64,000 nucleotides of DNA, taken from positions 2,606,001 to 2,670,000 of the forward strand of contig NC_086101.1 in assembly GCF_963921235.1 (NCBI RefSeq), written 5' to 3'. Origin of the DNA: Mobula hypostoma. Lineage: Eukaryota. The position numbers and the translations under genes were made by a program. Shown one piece after another: positions 12,720 to 25,022 of this stretch. The stretch's first letter is position 1. Every line of letters starts with the position of its first letter. A model generated the notes under the pieces. It was not told the DNA's origin. It made no database searches and worked only from the letters and a program-made list of their open reading frames with translations.

Positions 12720-12867
12720 CTGGTACCAACATACTGGTGAAACCGAGCCCGTGGCCCACGCCCAGCACATCCTCGTAGGGGCAGAACTGCAGTCCGTGCA
12801 CCGCCTGGCGGAGGCAGTGGCTCAGGTAGGGACTCCTCACCGTCACCTTCTGGATGTCTTTGTAAAC
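12720..12867 (-). CDS. WDR46: WDR46 visible exon 11, VYKDIQK...PYLSH...[22 protein letters not shown](G); start of BING4CT domain
   Basis: ccgcag|gtt ... g|gtgagt, 148 nt. [11 protein letters not shown] motif. Confidence 0.97.
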
Positions 12868-13029
12868 CTGCGGGCGACAGCGGCTGTGAACCGCCCTGTT
12901 TTCAGAGAGACACAGACCAGGCCCTTCGAGCCAAAGGTCGAGCAGCCACTTTCACCAGTGACGTTACTGCATCCCCCCCATGTTCTAACCCTCACCCACA
13001 CACTGGGCTGCAACGTACAGTTAACCCAC

Positions 13030-13295
13030 CGCACTGTCTGCTTATTTTAGACTGTTTGGACCTGATACAGTGTGGAACAAGCTCGTCCGACCCTTCGAGC
13101 TGTATGCCCAGCAACCCCTGATAATTCCCGGTTTATCCCGAGTCTATCACAGGGCAATTTACACTGACCAACTAACCGGTACATCTTTGGACTGAGAGAG
13201 GAAACACACACGATCACAGGAACGATCGTACATACGGCACTGGGATAGAACCCTAAACTCCAACGGCTCGAGCTGTAATAGTGCGCCACTGACCA
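13030..13295 (-). mobile_element. SINE; related copies near 13570-13700, 15950-16190, 53230-53490 and 55645-55880
   Basis: Shared + strand motifs caatttaca..gaccaattaaccta..accggtacatctttggactgtgggaggaaac...gagctgtaatag. Confidence 0.7.
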
Positions 13296-13850
13296 CTGTT
13301 TTCTCCTTGGGGGCAGTTGGGTGGGAGGGGGGAAGAGAGGGCTGAGGTGTGGCTGGTGGGGGCAGGAAGAAGAGATAAAGGAGCAGGATCTGTGCAGACG
13401 GTGTGTGCAGTCTCGCACTCTGAGTAAAGAGGAGACTGCCATGGCACCGAGCAGGGGAAAGGCTCCAAGTAGCACGCAGTGACTCTGACAAGCTGCCCCT
13501 CTGGGACCTGGGGAATCCCAGCGTAGCAGAGCATGGGGAAGGAGGGAGGGAACAGTGATCGTTTGTAGAACTGCACCTCTTTGGACTGTGGGAGAAAACC
13601 AGAGCACCCAAAGGAACCCACATGATCGTGGGGAGAACGTACAGCCTCCTTTGGAATTGAACTCTGAACAACAATGCCCAGAGCTGTGGTAGCATCACTG
13701 TGGTGCCCACGTGTGCGGGATTTGTGGATAAGGTGCAGGGACACAGTCTTCTCCCCCATGCAGTGGCGTCTAAACGAATGGAGACAGTTCACTGGGAATC
13801 ATTGTAATGTTACAGTTAGTGTAATCTTTTACAAAGCCACTGGTCTCGGT

Positions 13851-14937
13851 TCATACCCTCCGTCTACAATGTGTGTGTGTTATCCCTGTGACCGTGTGTT
13901 TTACAGAGTCACTGGTCTGGTTCAATCCCCCGTCTACAATGTGTGTGTGTTATCCCTGTGACCGTGTGTTTTACAGAGTCACTGGTCTGGTTCAATCCCC
14001 CGTCTACAATGTGTGTGTGTTATCCCTGTGACCGTGTGTTTTACAGAGTCTCTGGTCTGGTTCAATCCCCCGTCTACAATGTGTGTGTGTTATCCCTGTG
14101 ACCGTGTGTTTTACAGAGTCACTGGTCTGGTTCAATCCCCCGTCTACAATGTGTGTGTGTGTTATCCCTGTGACCATGTGTTTTACAGAGTCACTGGTCT
14201 GGTTCAATCCCCCGTCTACAATGTGTGTGTGTGTTATCCCTGTGACCGTGTGTTTTACAGAGTCACTGGTCTGGTTCAATCCCCCGTCTACAATGTGTGT
14301 GTGTTATCCCTGTGACCGTGTGTTTTACAGAGTCACTGGTCTGGTTCAATCCCCCGTCTACAATGTGTGTGTGTTATCCCTGTGACTGTGTGTTTTACAG
14401 AGTCACTGGTCTGGTTCAATCCCCCGTCTACAATGTGTGTGTGTTATCCCTGTGACCGTGTGTTTTACAGAGTCACTGGTCTGGTTCAATCCCCCGTCTA
14501 CAATGTGTGTGTGTTATCCCTGTGACCGTGTGTTTTACAGAGTCACTGGTCTGGTTCAATCCCCCGTCTACAATGTGTGTGTGTTATCCCTGTGACCGTG
14601 TGTTTTACAGAGTCACTGGTCTGGTTCAATCCCCCGTCTACAATGTGTGTGTGTTATCCCTGTGACCGTGTGTTTTACAGAGTCACTGGTCTGGTTCAAT
14701 CCCCCGTCTACAATGTGTGTGTGTTATCCCTGTGACCGTGTGTTTTACAGAGTCACTGGTCTGGTTCAATCCCCCGTCTACAATGTGTGTGTGTTATCCC
14801 TGTGACCGTGTGTTTTACAGAGTCACTGGTCTGGTTCAATCCCCCGTCTACAATGTGTGTGTGTTATCCCTGTGACCGTGTGTTTTACAGAGTCACTGGT
14901 CTGGTTCAATCCCCCGTCTGCAATGTGTGTGTTATCC
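13851..14937 (+). repeat. 70-bp minisatellite, ~15 highly homogeneous copies, embedded in a SINE head
   Basis: Unit ttacagagtcactggtctggttcaatcccccgtctacaatgtgtgtgtgttatccctgtgaccgtgtgtt; followed by SINE text ggtgctccggtttcctgccacac. Confidence 0.95.
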
Positions 14938-15444
14938 CGGTGCTCCGGTTTCCTGCCACACGGGTTAGTTAATTGCAGACAACGATGGTACGTTGGCACC
15001 AGAAGTGTGTTGCGGGCTGCTCCCAGAACATCCTCAAACTGTGCAAACGAAACATCTCACAGTGTGTTTCGAGGTACGCGTGACAAAGAACTTGGATCGT
15101 ACCTCTGGGCAGCCCTCATGTTGAGTGGTGCAGGAGGAGACACAGTGAGGCGTCTGCTGAAACCCACCCTGGCTGCCACACCGTCGGGGTGCCCGCAGAC
15201 AAAGCAGGCAGGGGAACTCCACACAGGACCAGCTCAACAGCACTAAGTCCTGGTACACCAGGGACGTGTCGACGTGGTGGGAGCGAGCACACGGGGAGCC
15301 CCTATGGTAGGAGAGGGTATCTCCGGACCCCCACCGGGACCAGAACCATTTTCAACAGCAGAACACCAGGGGCACGTCGAGATTGAGAGGTAGGCTGACG
15401 GAGACGGACTTGTTCCCTTCCCTCCCTGTCCAGTAGTAACTCAC

Positions 15445-15598
15445 GTGCACAGTGTTGCCGCAGGCAAGGCCCAGCAGGCCGCGCTGACTGAAGGCAAGGT
15501 GGCTGGCGCCCGTCGGCAGCAGGTACGAGTGAAGGGGTCGGTAGGTGCGGAGGTCAAAGATGTTAAGCTTCTGGTCCAGCCCCGAAGTGGCCATGTAC
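15445..15598 (-). CDS. WDR46: WDR46 visible exon 10, YMATSGLDQKLNIFDLRTY...LAFSQRGLLGLACGNTVH
   Basis: cgtcag|g tac ... cac|gtgagt, 154 nt. Confidence 0.97.
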
Positions 15599-16258
15599 CT
15601 GACGTACAGCAAGGGGAAGGGGGTCAGCAGACGCCCAGAGTAACATCCAGACACCAGTGCGATCTCTCGTGCCAGGTTTACCAACCAGCGTAATTTCCCA
15701 AGCAACATCCCACACCCACTGTGGTGTTGGGTCGAGTGCCCAGTGCCATGCAATGTCCAGTTTGACACCCAGTGGAACTTCCAGTGGCTACACCTATCCC
15801 GGTGCCCGAAGAGGACCATGTACCCAGTGTAATCACTGGTGCCTACACCCAGTTCTGAGACCGATCTAGCCTGGCACCCACATGCCCGATAACAAGGGCC
15901 TCACTGCAGACCAAGCAGCCCTGCCTCACCTTCAACGCCCATTACTGACTTAGTGGTACAGTGCCGAACAGGGCCTTCGACCCACGCACCATTGACCGCA
16001 TTTAAACTTGACCTAATCACTGCACAATTTACAAGGAACAATTAACCTACACACTGGCATCGGACTGTGGGAGGAATCCCGAGAAAACCCATGCACCCCG
16101 TGGGGAAGATGTACAGGCTTGAAGTGGACTCTGAACTGTGACGCGCCAGGCTGTAACAGGCCTGCGGTAACCCGTACACTGCCAGAGTGCCCGTTAACTG
16201 CCCCCCCACCTCACGCTTTCCTCACCGCCGCCAGGCACCCAGTGCCACATCTGCTTAC

Positions 16259-16358
16259 GTGCCAGTCTTGTCGACGGTGATGGCTCGCACGCCACCTCGG
16301 TGGCACAGCACCTTCACCAGGGGCTCCTTCACACTCGGGCTCCACAACGTCACCGTAC
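16259..16358 (-). CDS. WDR46: WDR46 visible exon 9, [32 protein letters not shown](T)
   Basis: ctgcag|gt acg ... ac|gtaagc, 100 nt. WD repeat. Confidence 0.97.
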
Positions 16359-16529
16359 CTGCAGGAGACCACGATACAGTCAGAGTCGGAGCACAGCAGG
16401 CAGGAGGGTCCCGGGCCCACTCACCGCCACTTTCCACGGCATGCATGTTGGAATTCCCCCTCCCGCACACCGTTACATCTGTTCCCTCAGCCGGCCCCGA
16501 ACCCCCCTTGAGGTCACCCCTGTCGCAGC

Positions 16530-16935
16530 GACACACAAAATGCCGGAGGAACTCAGCAGGCCGGGCAGGGGGAATAAACAGTCGACGTTTGGGGACCAGA
16601 CCCTTCTTTGGGAAAGGGGGAAGAAGCCAGAATAAGGTGGCGGAGGGAGGGAGAGCAGTAGAAACCAGAAGGCGGTGGGGCGGGGGATAAGTGGGAGGTG
16701 AGAGGTGAAGGGCTGAAGGAGGAACCTGAGAGGATAGGACAGTGGACCATGGGAGAAAGGGAAACGGGTGGGGCGAGGGGAGCCAGATGGGAATGGAAAG
16801 TGTTGGATGGGTAGAAGCTGATGTTCAAGGCATCAGGTCGGACACTCCCCCTGAGCTTGGCTTCATCGTGACAGCAGAGGCGGGCCTGGACGGGAATGGG
16901 AAGCTGAATTGTGGAACGGAGTGAAGGTGTTTGAC
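16530..16935 (-). mobile_element. Decayed Penelope-like 3' fragment / pLTR
   Basis: acacaaaatgccggaggaactcagcagg...gtcgacgttt matches the reverse complement of 680-757. Confidence 0.7.
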
Positions 16936-17264
16936 AAAGTAGTCCCGCCAGTCTTTGTACACAAATCTCAACAGCTGCCTCATTGTCCCTCCAGTACCAA
17001 CATGAGGATACAGGAGCCAGGTGTTACACTAACCGTCTGCCTCAGCACTGGACCCCGCCACTCCAATCCTCAGTATTCCTGATCCGGCAGGAACTCCTTG
17101 CTGCTGTTGTACCATTATCAATATTCCCGTTATTCACTACAACGGCCCCTCAGTGGCTTTGTGAGTCTTTCCCATCACCCAGCAGTCCAGGGCTGTGTGA
17201 AGGACGGAGAGCGATAGAGGGGGTGGAGGTCTCACCCTACTGTAGCACCGAGGCTGGTCCTTAC

Positions 17265-17400
17265 CCTGCGGGTGCCCCAGATGGATGATAGCGTTGTGAG
17301 GGTTCTGAGCCATGACATCCAACCGTCCGGCCTTGGTGCAGGTAGCCGCCACTTCCTTCCCCACCGAAATGTCCAAGTACTGCAGGAACCCCCGGGCACT
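17265..17400 (-). CDS. WDR46: WDR46 visible exon 8, [15 protein letters not shown]...[14 protein letters not shown](G)
   Basis: gtgcag|agt ... g|gtaagg, 136 nt, ends phase 1. Confidence 0.97.
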
Positions 17401-17844
17401 CTGCACGTGGGGAGAGACACCGACATGGAGCACACGCAGAGGGCAGACACAGGTGGGAGATAAGTGGAGAAGGAACATACGGCAAGGAATATGGTTAACA
17501 TGGACACAGAACACGTGGAGACACAGACAGATGAGGTAGAAAGCATGTCAGAGCATTGCCCATGAGGAATTACAGGCAACCAAACAGTGACCCATCAACC
17601 CTCCCCATCGTCCCTCCATCTCTGACACCCGACGATAATCTGACCACAAAGCACATGGAGGGGGAGGGGGAGGGGAAGGGTCCTCTGCATGCACCAATCG
17701 CACCCTCCTGCCCACCCCCTCTGGCTCCCCGCGTGGGGGTGCAAGGACTGCAGCATCCGTGGGTGCTCGAGGGAATGGACATACAGGAGTGTTTGAGTTG
17801 GATTCTCTGTTTCAGGGAGGGCATCACCCATGGGTGCTCTAGGG

Positions 17845-18536
17845 CAGGGGTCCCCAACCTTTTTTGCACCACAAACCGGTTTAATATTGACAATATTCTT
17901 GCGGACCGGCCGACCGGAGCTGGGGGGTGTTCAAGTGGGGTTAAACTCACCTCAACATGTCTTTTACAGTTAGGGTTGCTAACTTTCTCACTCCCAAATA
18001 AGGGACAAAAGTAGCAGTCAAATCCCAGGACACTTTACCCCAGGAAAGACTACCATGACCATGAAGCCCTGCGCGGGCACCTGTGTGCGCATGTGCGTAC
18101 GTGCCGATTTTTCCCCACAAATCGGTTTTGTCTTCATCTTCCTGACTATACTGTACATACATATAGTAAAAGCAGGAATGATATGATAAATACACAGCCT
18201 ATATAAAATAGAAATAATGTTAGTGTTACTTTCAGTTTTATGTGTTATCTGGTATGATTTGGTAGGTTATTTTTTGGGTCTGGGAACACTCAAAAAATTT
18301 TTCCCATATAAATTAATGGTAATTGCTTCTTCTCTTTACACCATTTCAACACGAAAGGTTTCATAGGAATGCTTTACCTCAGCGGGGGAAATACCGGACA
18401 TGGGCGGTCCCGTATGGGACAAACCAATTTAGCCTAATATACGGGATGTCCCAGCAATATGGGACAGCTGGCAACCCTATGTTCAAGTTCAACAGTGCGT
18501 GACAGGGAATGAAGAAAGGGTGGTTGGGGACCGCTG
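17845..18536. mobile_element. hAT (Charlie-like) non-autonomous DNA transposon
   Basis: TIRs caggggtccccaacc / ggttggggaccgctg; perfect 8-bp TSD CTCTAGGG at 17837-17844 and 18537-18544. Confidence 0.9.
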
Positions 18537-19189
18537 CTCTAGGGGACTGGACTGTACTGGCCCATAGACAGCACCTTGCCGATTTAACCAAAATCCTTTC
18601 ATCCTGCACGCACCTAATCTCGCTCCATTTCCTGCACTCTCCTGTGTCTAACAGTCCCTGACCTGCCTTCACCATCACCCCAGGCACCCACAGCTCGCTG
18701 AATGGAAAAACTCCTTTAAACCTTATTCTCCCCCTGCCTCAAATGCCCTCTAGTATTTCAGGGGCACTTAACTGTGAGGAAAATGGACATTGTGTCAGCA
18801 GAAGGGATTAGATTAGTTGCCCATTTGATAACTAATTTAATTGTTCTGATACTGTTCTTTGTTCTTGGACATCCAGACTTCTTGCCAGGGTGGAAGTGCC
18901 TAATACAAGGGGGCATAATTTTAAGGTGATTGGAGGAGAGGATATCAGAGAGTAGAGGGTGTGTGGAACACACTGCCAAGGGTGGAGGTAGAGGCAGATA
19001 CATTGCCATAAACAAGAGATTCTGTAATGCTGGGGTTTCAGAGCAACCCACACAAAATGTCGCAGGAACTCAGCAGGTCAGGCAGAGTCTCTGGAAGTGA
19101 ATAAACAGTTAACGTTTTGAGCCGAGACCTCCACGAGGTTAGGTGAAGGTTCTTGGCCCGGAATGCTGGCTGTGTCGTTCCCCCCCACT

Positions 19190-22030
19190 GCTGGGGAAGG
19201 TTTAAACTAATCTCGCAGGGGGTGGGACCTGGAGTGAAGGGACTCAGGATCAGACGGATGTTGAAAAAGCAAAGATAGTGTGCAGTCAGACTGTCAGGAA
19301 GGGCAGACAGATGATAGGACATAATTGCAGCCAACAGGGTGAGTATCAGTGCATTAGGGATGCGGAATCAAAAAGGGTAGCAAATGCAGCTCTCAGTGAT
19401 TTATATCTCAATGCACAGAGTATAAGAGATAAGGTGGATGATCTTGTCGCACTTATACAGATTGTCAGGTATGATGTTGTGGCCATCACTGAATCGTGGC
19501 TGAAGGATGGTTGTAGTTGGGAGCTGAATGTCCAAGGTTGCACGTTGTATCGGAGGGATAGGAAGGTAGGCAGAGGGGGTGGTGTGGCTCTACTGGCAAA
19601 GAATGGCATCAAATCAGTAGAAAGATGTGACACAGGATCGGAAGGTGTTAAATCCTTTGGGGTTGGGTTGAGAAACTGCAAAGGGTAAAAGGGCCATGAT
19701 GGCAGTTATATACAGTAGCTGGGAGGTGGACCACAGGTTACAACAGGAAATAGAAAAGACGAGTCAAAAGGGCAATGTTATGGTAGTCATGGGAGATTTC
19801 AACATACAGGTCGATTGGGAAAATGAGGTTGGAAATGGATCCCAAGAGACTGAGTTTGTTGAATGCCTACAAGATTTTTAGAGCAGTTTGTCTTGAACCT
19901 ACTAGGGGATCAGCTATACTGGATTGAGTGTTACGTAATGAACCTGACGCGATTAGGGAGCTTAAGGTAAAAGAACACTTAGGAGGCAGTGATCACAATG
20001 TGATTGTGTTCAACTTGAAATTTCATAGGCAGAAAGTGAAGTCTGATGTAACAGTATTTCAGTGGAGTAAAGGAAATTACAGTGGAATGAGAGAGGAGTT
20101 GGCTAAAGTAAATTGGAAGGAGCTGCTGGCAGGGATGTCAGCAGAGCAGCAATGGCGTGTGTTTCTCAGAAAAGTGAGGAAGGTGCAGGACATATGTATT
20201 CCAGAAATGAACAAATATTCAAGTGGTAAAACAGTACAGCTGCAGCTGACAAGGGATGTCAAAGCTAATGTAAAAGCGAAAAAGAGGGTAGGCAACAAAG
20301 CAAAAATTAGTGGGAAGACAGAGGTTTGGGAAGCTTCCAAAACCCTACAGAGAGCAACTAAAAGAATCATCAGGAGGGAGAAGATGAAACATGAAAACAA
20401 GCTAGCAAACAATATCAAAGTGGATCGTAAAAGCTTTTTCAAATTTGTAAAAAAAATAAGAGAGACGAGGGTGGATATAGGACCACTAGAAAATGAGGCC
20501 GGAGAAATAATAACGGGACAAGGAGATGGCAGGTAAACTAAATGAGTATTTTGCATCAGTCTTCACTGTGGAGGACACTAACAGTGTGCCAGATGTTGAA
20601 GAGTGTCAGGGAGGTGAAGTGAGTGCAGTGAAAGTGCCCAAAAAGCTGAAAGATGTAAAGGTACACAAGTCACCTGGACCAGAGGAACTGCAGGTGATGA
20701 CAAAGGACAAGATGGTACAAAGTCAGCATGGTTTCCTTCAGTGGAAGTCCTGTCTGATGAACCTGCTGGAATTCTTTGAGGAGATTACATATAGGATAAA
20801 GAGGATGCAATACATGTTGTATATTTGGACTTTCAGAAAGCCAATGGCTAGCTACCACACAAGTTAACAGCTTGTAGTATTACAGGAAAGCTACTAATAT
20901 GGTTAGAATATTGGATGATTGTTAGGAAGCAACCTTTTCTGGTTGGCGGCCAGTGACTAGTGGTGTTCCACAGGGGTTAGTGTTGGGACCACTTCTTCTT
21001 GTGCTGTATATAAAAGATTTAGGTGATGGAATCAATGGCCTTCTTACCAAGTTTGCAGATGATACGAAGATTGGTGGAGGGGCAGGTAGTGTTGAGGAAA
21101 CAGTTAGGCTGCAGAAAGACTTAGATTAGGAGAATGGGCAAAAGAGTGGCAAATGAAATACAATGTTGAAAAATGCATGGTCATGCCCTTCAGTAGATGA
21201 AATAAATGTGCAGACTGTTTTCTATATTGCTATATTTACGCTCTATTCTTGGTTGGTGCGGCTGTAACGAAACCCAATTTCCCTCGGGATCAATAAAGTA
21301 TAGCTATCTATTTTCTAAATAGGGAGAAAATCCAAAACTCTGAGGTGCAAAGGTACTTGGGAGTACTTGTGCAGAACACCCTAAAAGTTAACTTGCAGGT
21401 AGAGTCAGTGGTGAGGAAGGCATATGCAATGTTAGCATTTATTTCAAGAGGTCTAGAATACAAGATCAGGGATGTGATGCTGAGGCTTTATCTTGAGTAT
21501 TGTGAACAGTTTTGGGCCCCTCGTCTAAATGACGTGCTGGCATTGGACAGGGTCTAGAGGAGATTCACGAGGATGATTCCAGGAATGAAAGGGTTACCAT
21601 ATAAGGAATGTTTGATGGCTCTGGGTCTGGAATTTAGAAGGATGAGGGGGGATCTCATTGAAACCTTTCGAATGCTGAAAGGAGTAGACGGAGTATATGT
21701 GGAAAGGATATATCCCATGGTGAGGGAGTCAAGGACAAGAGGGCACAGCCTCAGGGTAGAGGGGTGCCCTTTCAAAACAGAGATGTGAAGGAATTTCTTT
21801 AGCCAAAGGGTGGTGAATTTGTGGAATTCATTGCCATGGATGGCTGTGGAGGCCAAGTCGTTTGGGTTATTTAAAGCAGAGGTTGATAGGTTCCTGATTA
21901 GTCAGGGCGTGAAAGGTTACGGGAGAAGGCAGGAGAATGGGATTGAGAGGATTAATAAATCAGCCACGATGGAATGACAGTGCAGACATGATTGGCCGAG
22001 TGGCCTAATTCTTCTCCTATGTCTGCTGAT
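19190..22030 (+). mobile_element. Decayed CR1 LINE, end of ORF1 through ORF2 and tail
   Basis: YLNAQSI...AITESWL, MGDFN, GSDHN, KFADDTK, ERIYPMV..SRTRGH. Confidence 0.9.
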
Positions 22031-22249
22031 CTGCACAGGTCTCCCAATGGCTTGCTGCTTCTGCGGGCTGGAAGGGACAATTTACAATGTGTACACAGAG
22101 CGTGCGAGGCTGCAGCCCCTCTTCACATATCTGATGGGGCTGCTCCTTGCCTCACCCTGTTCTACTTGGTCACCAGTAAGGACAGGAGGAACAGAGAAAC
22201 GTGACGTGTTGCATCTCAGTAGGAAAAAAGCAAGGAGGGAGTCCTTAAT

Positions 22250-23320
22250 AGTGTCGTGGAGCAGAGGGATTTTGGGATCCACGTTCACAGCTCCTTGAAG
22301 TGGCCACACAGATCATAGAGTGGTTAAGGCGGCTTATGGAATGCTTGCTTTTATTAGTCAAGGCACTGAGTTGAAAGGTCAGGAGGTTGTGGGCAACTTT
22401 ATAAAACTCTGGTGAGGCCATGTCTGGACAGTTCTGGTCGGCCCAGAGCAGATGTTGAGACTTTGGAGAGGGTGCAGAAGAGGTTTACCAGGATGCTGCC
22501 CGGTTCAGAGGGCACGTGCTATCACGAGAGGCTGGATAAACTTTAGGTGCTCTCTCTGATAGAGATTTACAAGATTATGAGAGGCATAGTCAGAGCCGAC
22601 AGGCAGCACCTGTTTCTCAGGGATGAAATGTATAATACCTGAGAGCATGCACTGAAGGTGAGACGGGACAGGTTCAAGGAGAAGCGAGGATAAGGTTTTT
22701 TTTTCCTCAAGAGCCGTGGATGCCTGGTATGGTGGCAAGTGGAACACCATGTCCGGAACTGAATGGTCATGAACTTTGGTAGACGAAATAAAAGTGCACA
22801 GGGCGTTGGGAGTCCTTCTGCAGGATTCTCCAAAGGTTAATTTGCAGGCTGAGTCTGTGGTGAGGAAGGCAAATGCAATGTTAATATTTATTTTGAGAAG
22901 ACTAGAAAATAAAAGCAAAGGTGTAATGTTGAGGCTTTATAAAGCACTGGTGTGGCCTCACTTTAGGTACTGTGAACAGTTCTGGGCCCCTTACCTCAAT
23001 AGAGTGGATGTGGAGAGGATGTTTCCTGTGGTGGGGGAGTCTCGGACCAGAGAACACAGCCTCAGGGCAGAACGAAGATGAGGAGGAATTTCTTTAGCTT
23101 GGGAGTGGTAAATCTGGAATTCATTGCTGCAGGTGGCTGTGGAGGCCAAGTCATTGGGTATATTTAAGGCAGAGGTTGGTAGATTGTTGATTAGTTAGGG
23201 AAATGTAGGGTAACAAGGAGCAGGCAGGAGATTAGGGCTGAGAGATGAAATGAATCAGCCATGATAAAATTATGCAGCAGACTCAATGGACCAAATGGCC
23301 GAATTCTGCTGCTATAAGAC
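22250..23320 (+). mobile_element. Stacked CR1 3' fragments
   Basis: KANAML.FI, RLYKALV.PH..YCEQFWAP; CR1 tail. Confidence 0.8.
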
Positions 23321-23818
23321 CATAAGATAGTTAACCGGCTCCTGGGGCTAGTAAATATAGTTATTTGTGGTGCTGGAGACGGGCAGAGAGGGTGCCACCC
23401 AGGCTGATAATGCAGAGAGAACACGCAGGTATACGGGAGGTGTTGTAAATGTCATCCTGGATAGTGATGGAAACATTTTAATTTTGTTCACGTTACTATT
23501 CTTTCTGTGTTCTCTTGTAGAATTGCAAAGTTACAATGGACATTTTTGTAAAACTAAACGGTAAATCTCATGTTATAGCCCTCGATCGGAAAAACCTATC
23601 GGCAGAGGAAATGGTCCATCCACTGTGTAAAAAATACCTCATCCTCTGGTGATGGGAATGCTTTACCGCAGCTAATGCTCATCACTACAATTGTTTCTGT
23701 GATTTGGAGAACAACGGAGGGTAGTTTTGTTTAAAACAAAGACGGTAGATCACAGCAGGTGGAAAGCACTGCCCCAGGTCCCGGGAGAGAGGAAGGAGAG
23801 CCGGGAACGGACACTCAC

Positions 23819-23969
23819 ACAGGTGGCCAGCAGGAAGTGATAGGGCAGAAACTCCATCTTCAGAACGTCGTTGAACTTCTTCACACAGTGCAGTTCCACA
23901 CCCTGGTTATCGTAAATGTACAGCCACTTCTTCTGGGCCGCCGCAAACATCGTCTCTGTGTGCAGCCAC
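23819..23969 (-). CDS. WDR46: WDR46 visible exon 7, [28 protein letters not shown]...[12 protein letters not shown]
   Basis: ccgcag|g tgg ... tgt|gtgagt, 151 nt. IYDNQG.ELHC and [10 protein letters not shown] are UTP7/WDR46 signatures. Confidence 0.98.
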
Positions 23970-24024
23970 CTGCGGGGAGAAAGCACAGGATATGGGTCAC
24001 ACCACTGGGGTGTGGGGGAGAGCC

Positions 24025-24650
24025 GCCGGCCACGGGGATGCCGGGGGGGGGGGGGTGGAAAGCGTGGCCGGTCACAGGGTTGCGGGGGGGGGGGTGGTGG
24101 GGAGGAAGAGCGTGGCCAGTCACGGGGTTGCGGGGGGGGGGAGAGCGTGGCTGGCCACAGGGTAGCCGGGGGGGGGTGGGGTGGGGGGGGGGAGAGCGTG
24201 GCCGGTTACGGGGTTGCCGGGGGGGGGGGGGGAGAGCGTGGCCAGTCACGGGGTTGCCGGGGGGGAGAGCGTGGCCGGCCACAGGGTTGCTGGGGGGGGG
24301 AGGGATTGAGGGAGAGAGGCCGGCACAGGGTTGCCGGGGGGGGGGGAGAGCGTGGCCGGCCACAGGGTTGCCGGGGGGGGGGGAAGAGCGTGGCCGGTTA
24401 CAGGGTTGCCGGGGGGGGGGGAAGAGCGTGGCCAGTCACGGGGTTGCCGGGGGGGAGAGCGTGGCCGGCCACAGGGTTGCTGGGGGGGGAGGGGTTGAGG
24501 GAGAGAGGCCGGCACAGGGTTGCCGGGGGGGGGGGGAGAGCGTGGCCGGCCACAGGGTTGCCGGGGGGGGGGGGAAGAGCGTGGCCGGTTACAGGGTTGC
24601 CGGGGGGGGGGAAGAGCGTGGCCAGTCACGGGGTTGCCGGGGGGGGGGGA
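24025..24650. repeat. Very G-rich minisatellite, ~33-38 bp unit with variable poly-G
   Basis: Tandem cacagggttgccgggggggg(g)agagcgtggccgg. Confidence 0.9.
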
Positions 24651-24917
24651 GTGCGCACATCACAGAGGGTCTGACGAGAGTCAGTGCCTGTGGTTGACAG
24701 ACAGATGGGTCTATTGGTCACCAGACTGGGACGTGGGTGTACGGATGACCTGCAGGGTACACGGTGGCATATACCATGGACACTGGGACGTGGGTAAGCC
24801 TGTCGACAGTGGGCAGAGTCTGGCTGCTTCTTTTCCACGGGGGAGGGGGGGGTGCAGGAGGAAGTGGACGGGTTAACAGTCCCAGAAGGGGAAGTGAGGG
24901 GAGACGTGGGTGTGTAC

Positions 24918-25022
24918 CGGATGTCGTTGACACGCTCCATGACGTTTATCTCGCACAGCAGCCGCTTGCTGTGCCAATCCATTGCCGCCACGTGTCCTCT
25001 GCGCCCAGCCAGCAAGAGGTGC
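24918..25022 (-). CDS. WDR46: WDR46 visible exon 6, [34 protein letters not shown](R)
   Basis: cctcag|g cac ... cg|gtacac, 105 nt. [19 protein letters not shown] motif. Confidence 0.97.

Noticed and set aside
23590..23690. Possible intronic box C/D snoRNA (GTGATGA on the minus strand)
   Set aside because: No properly placed CTGA box D or terminal stem found by eye. A snoscan/Infernal run is needed to exclude snoRNAs across the window.
23759..24876. Gly/Arg-rich or Pro-rich ORFs (312, 252 and 160 aa)
   Set aside because: Artefacts of the G-rich minisatellite and of the antisense strand of a WDR46 exon.
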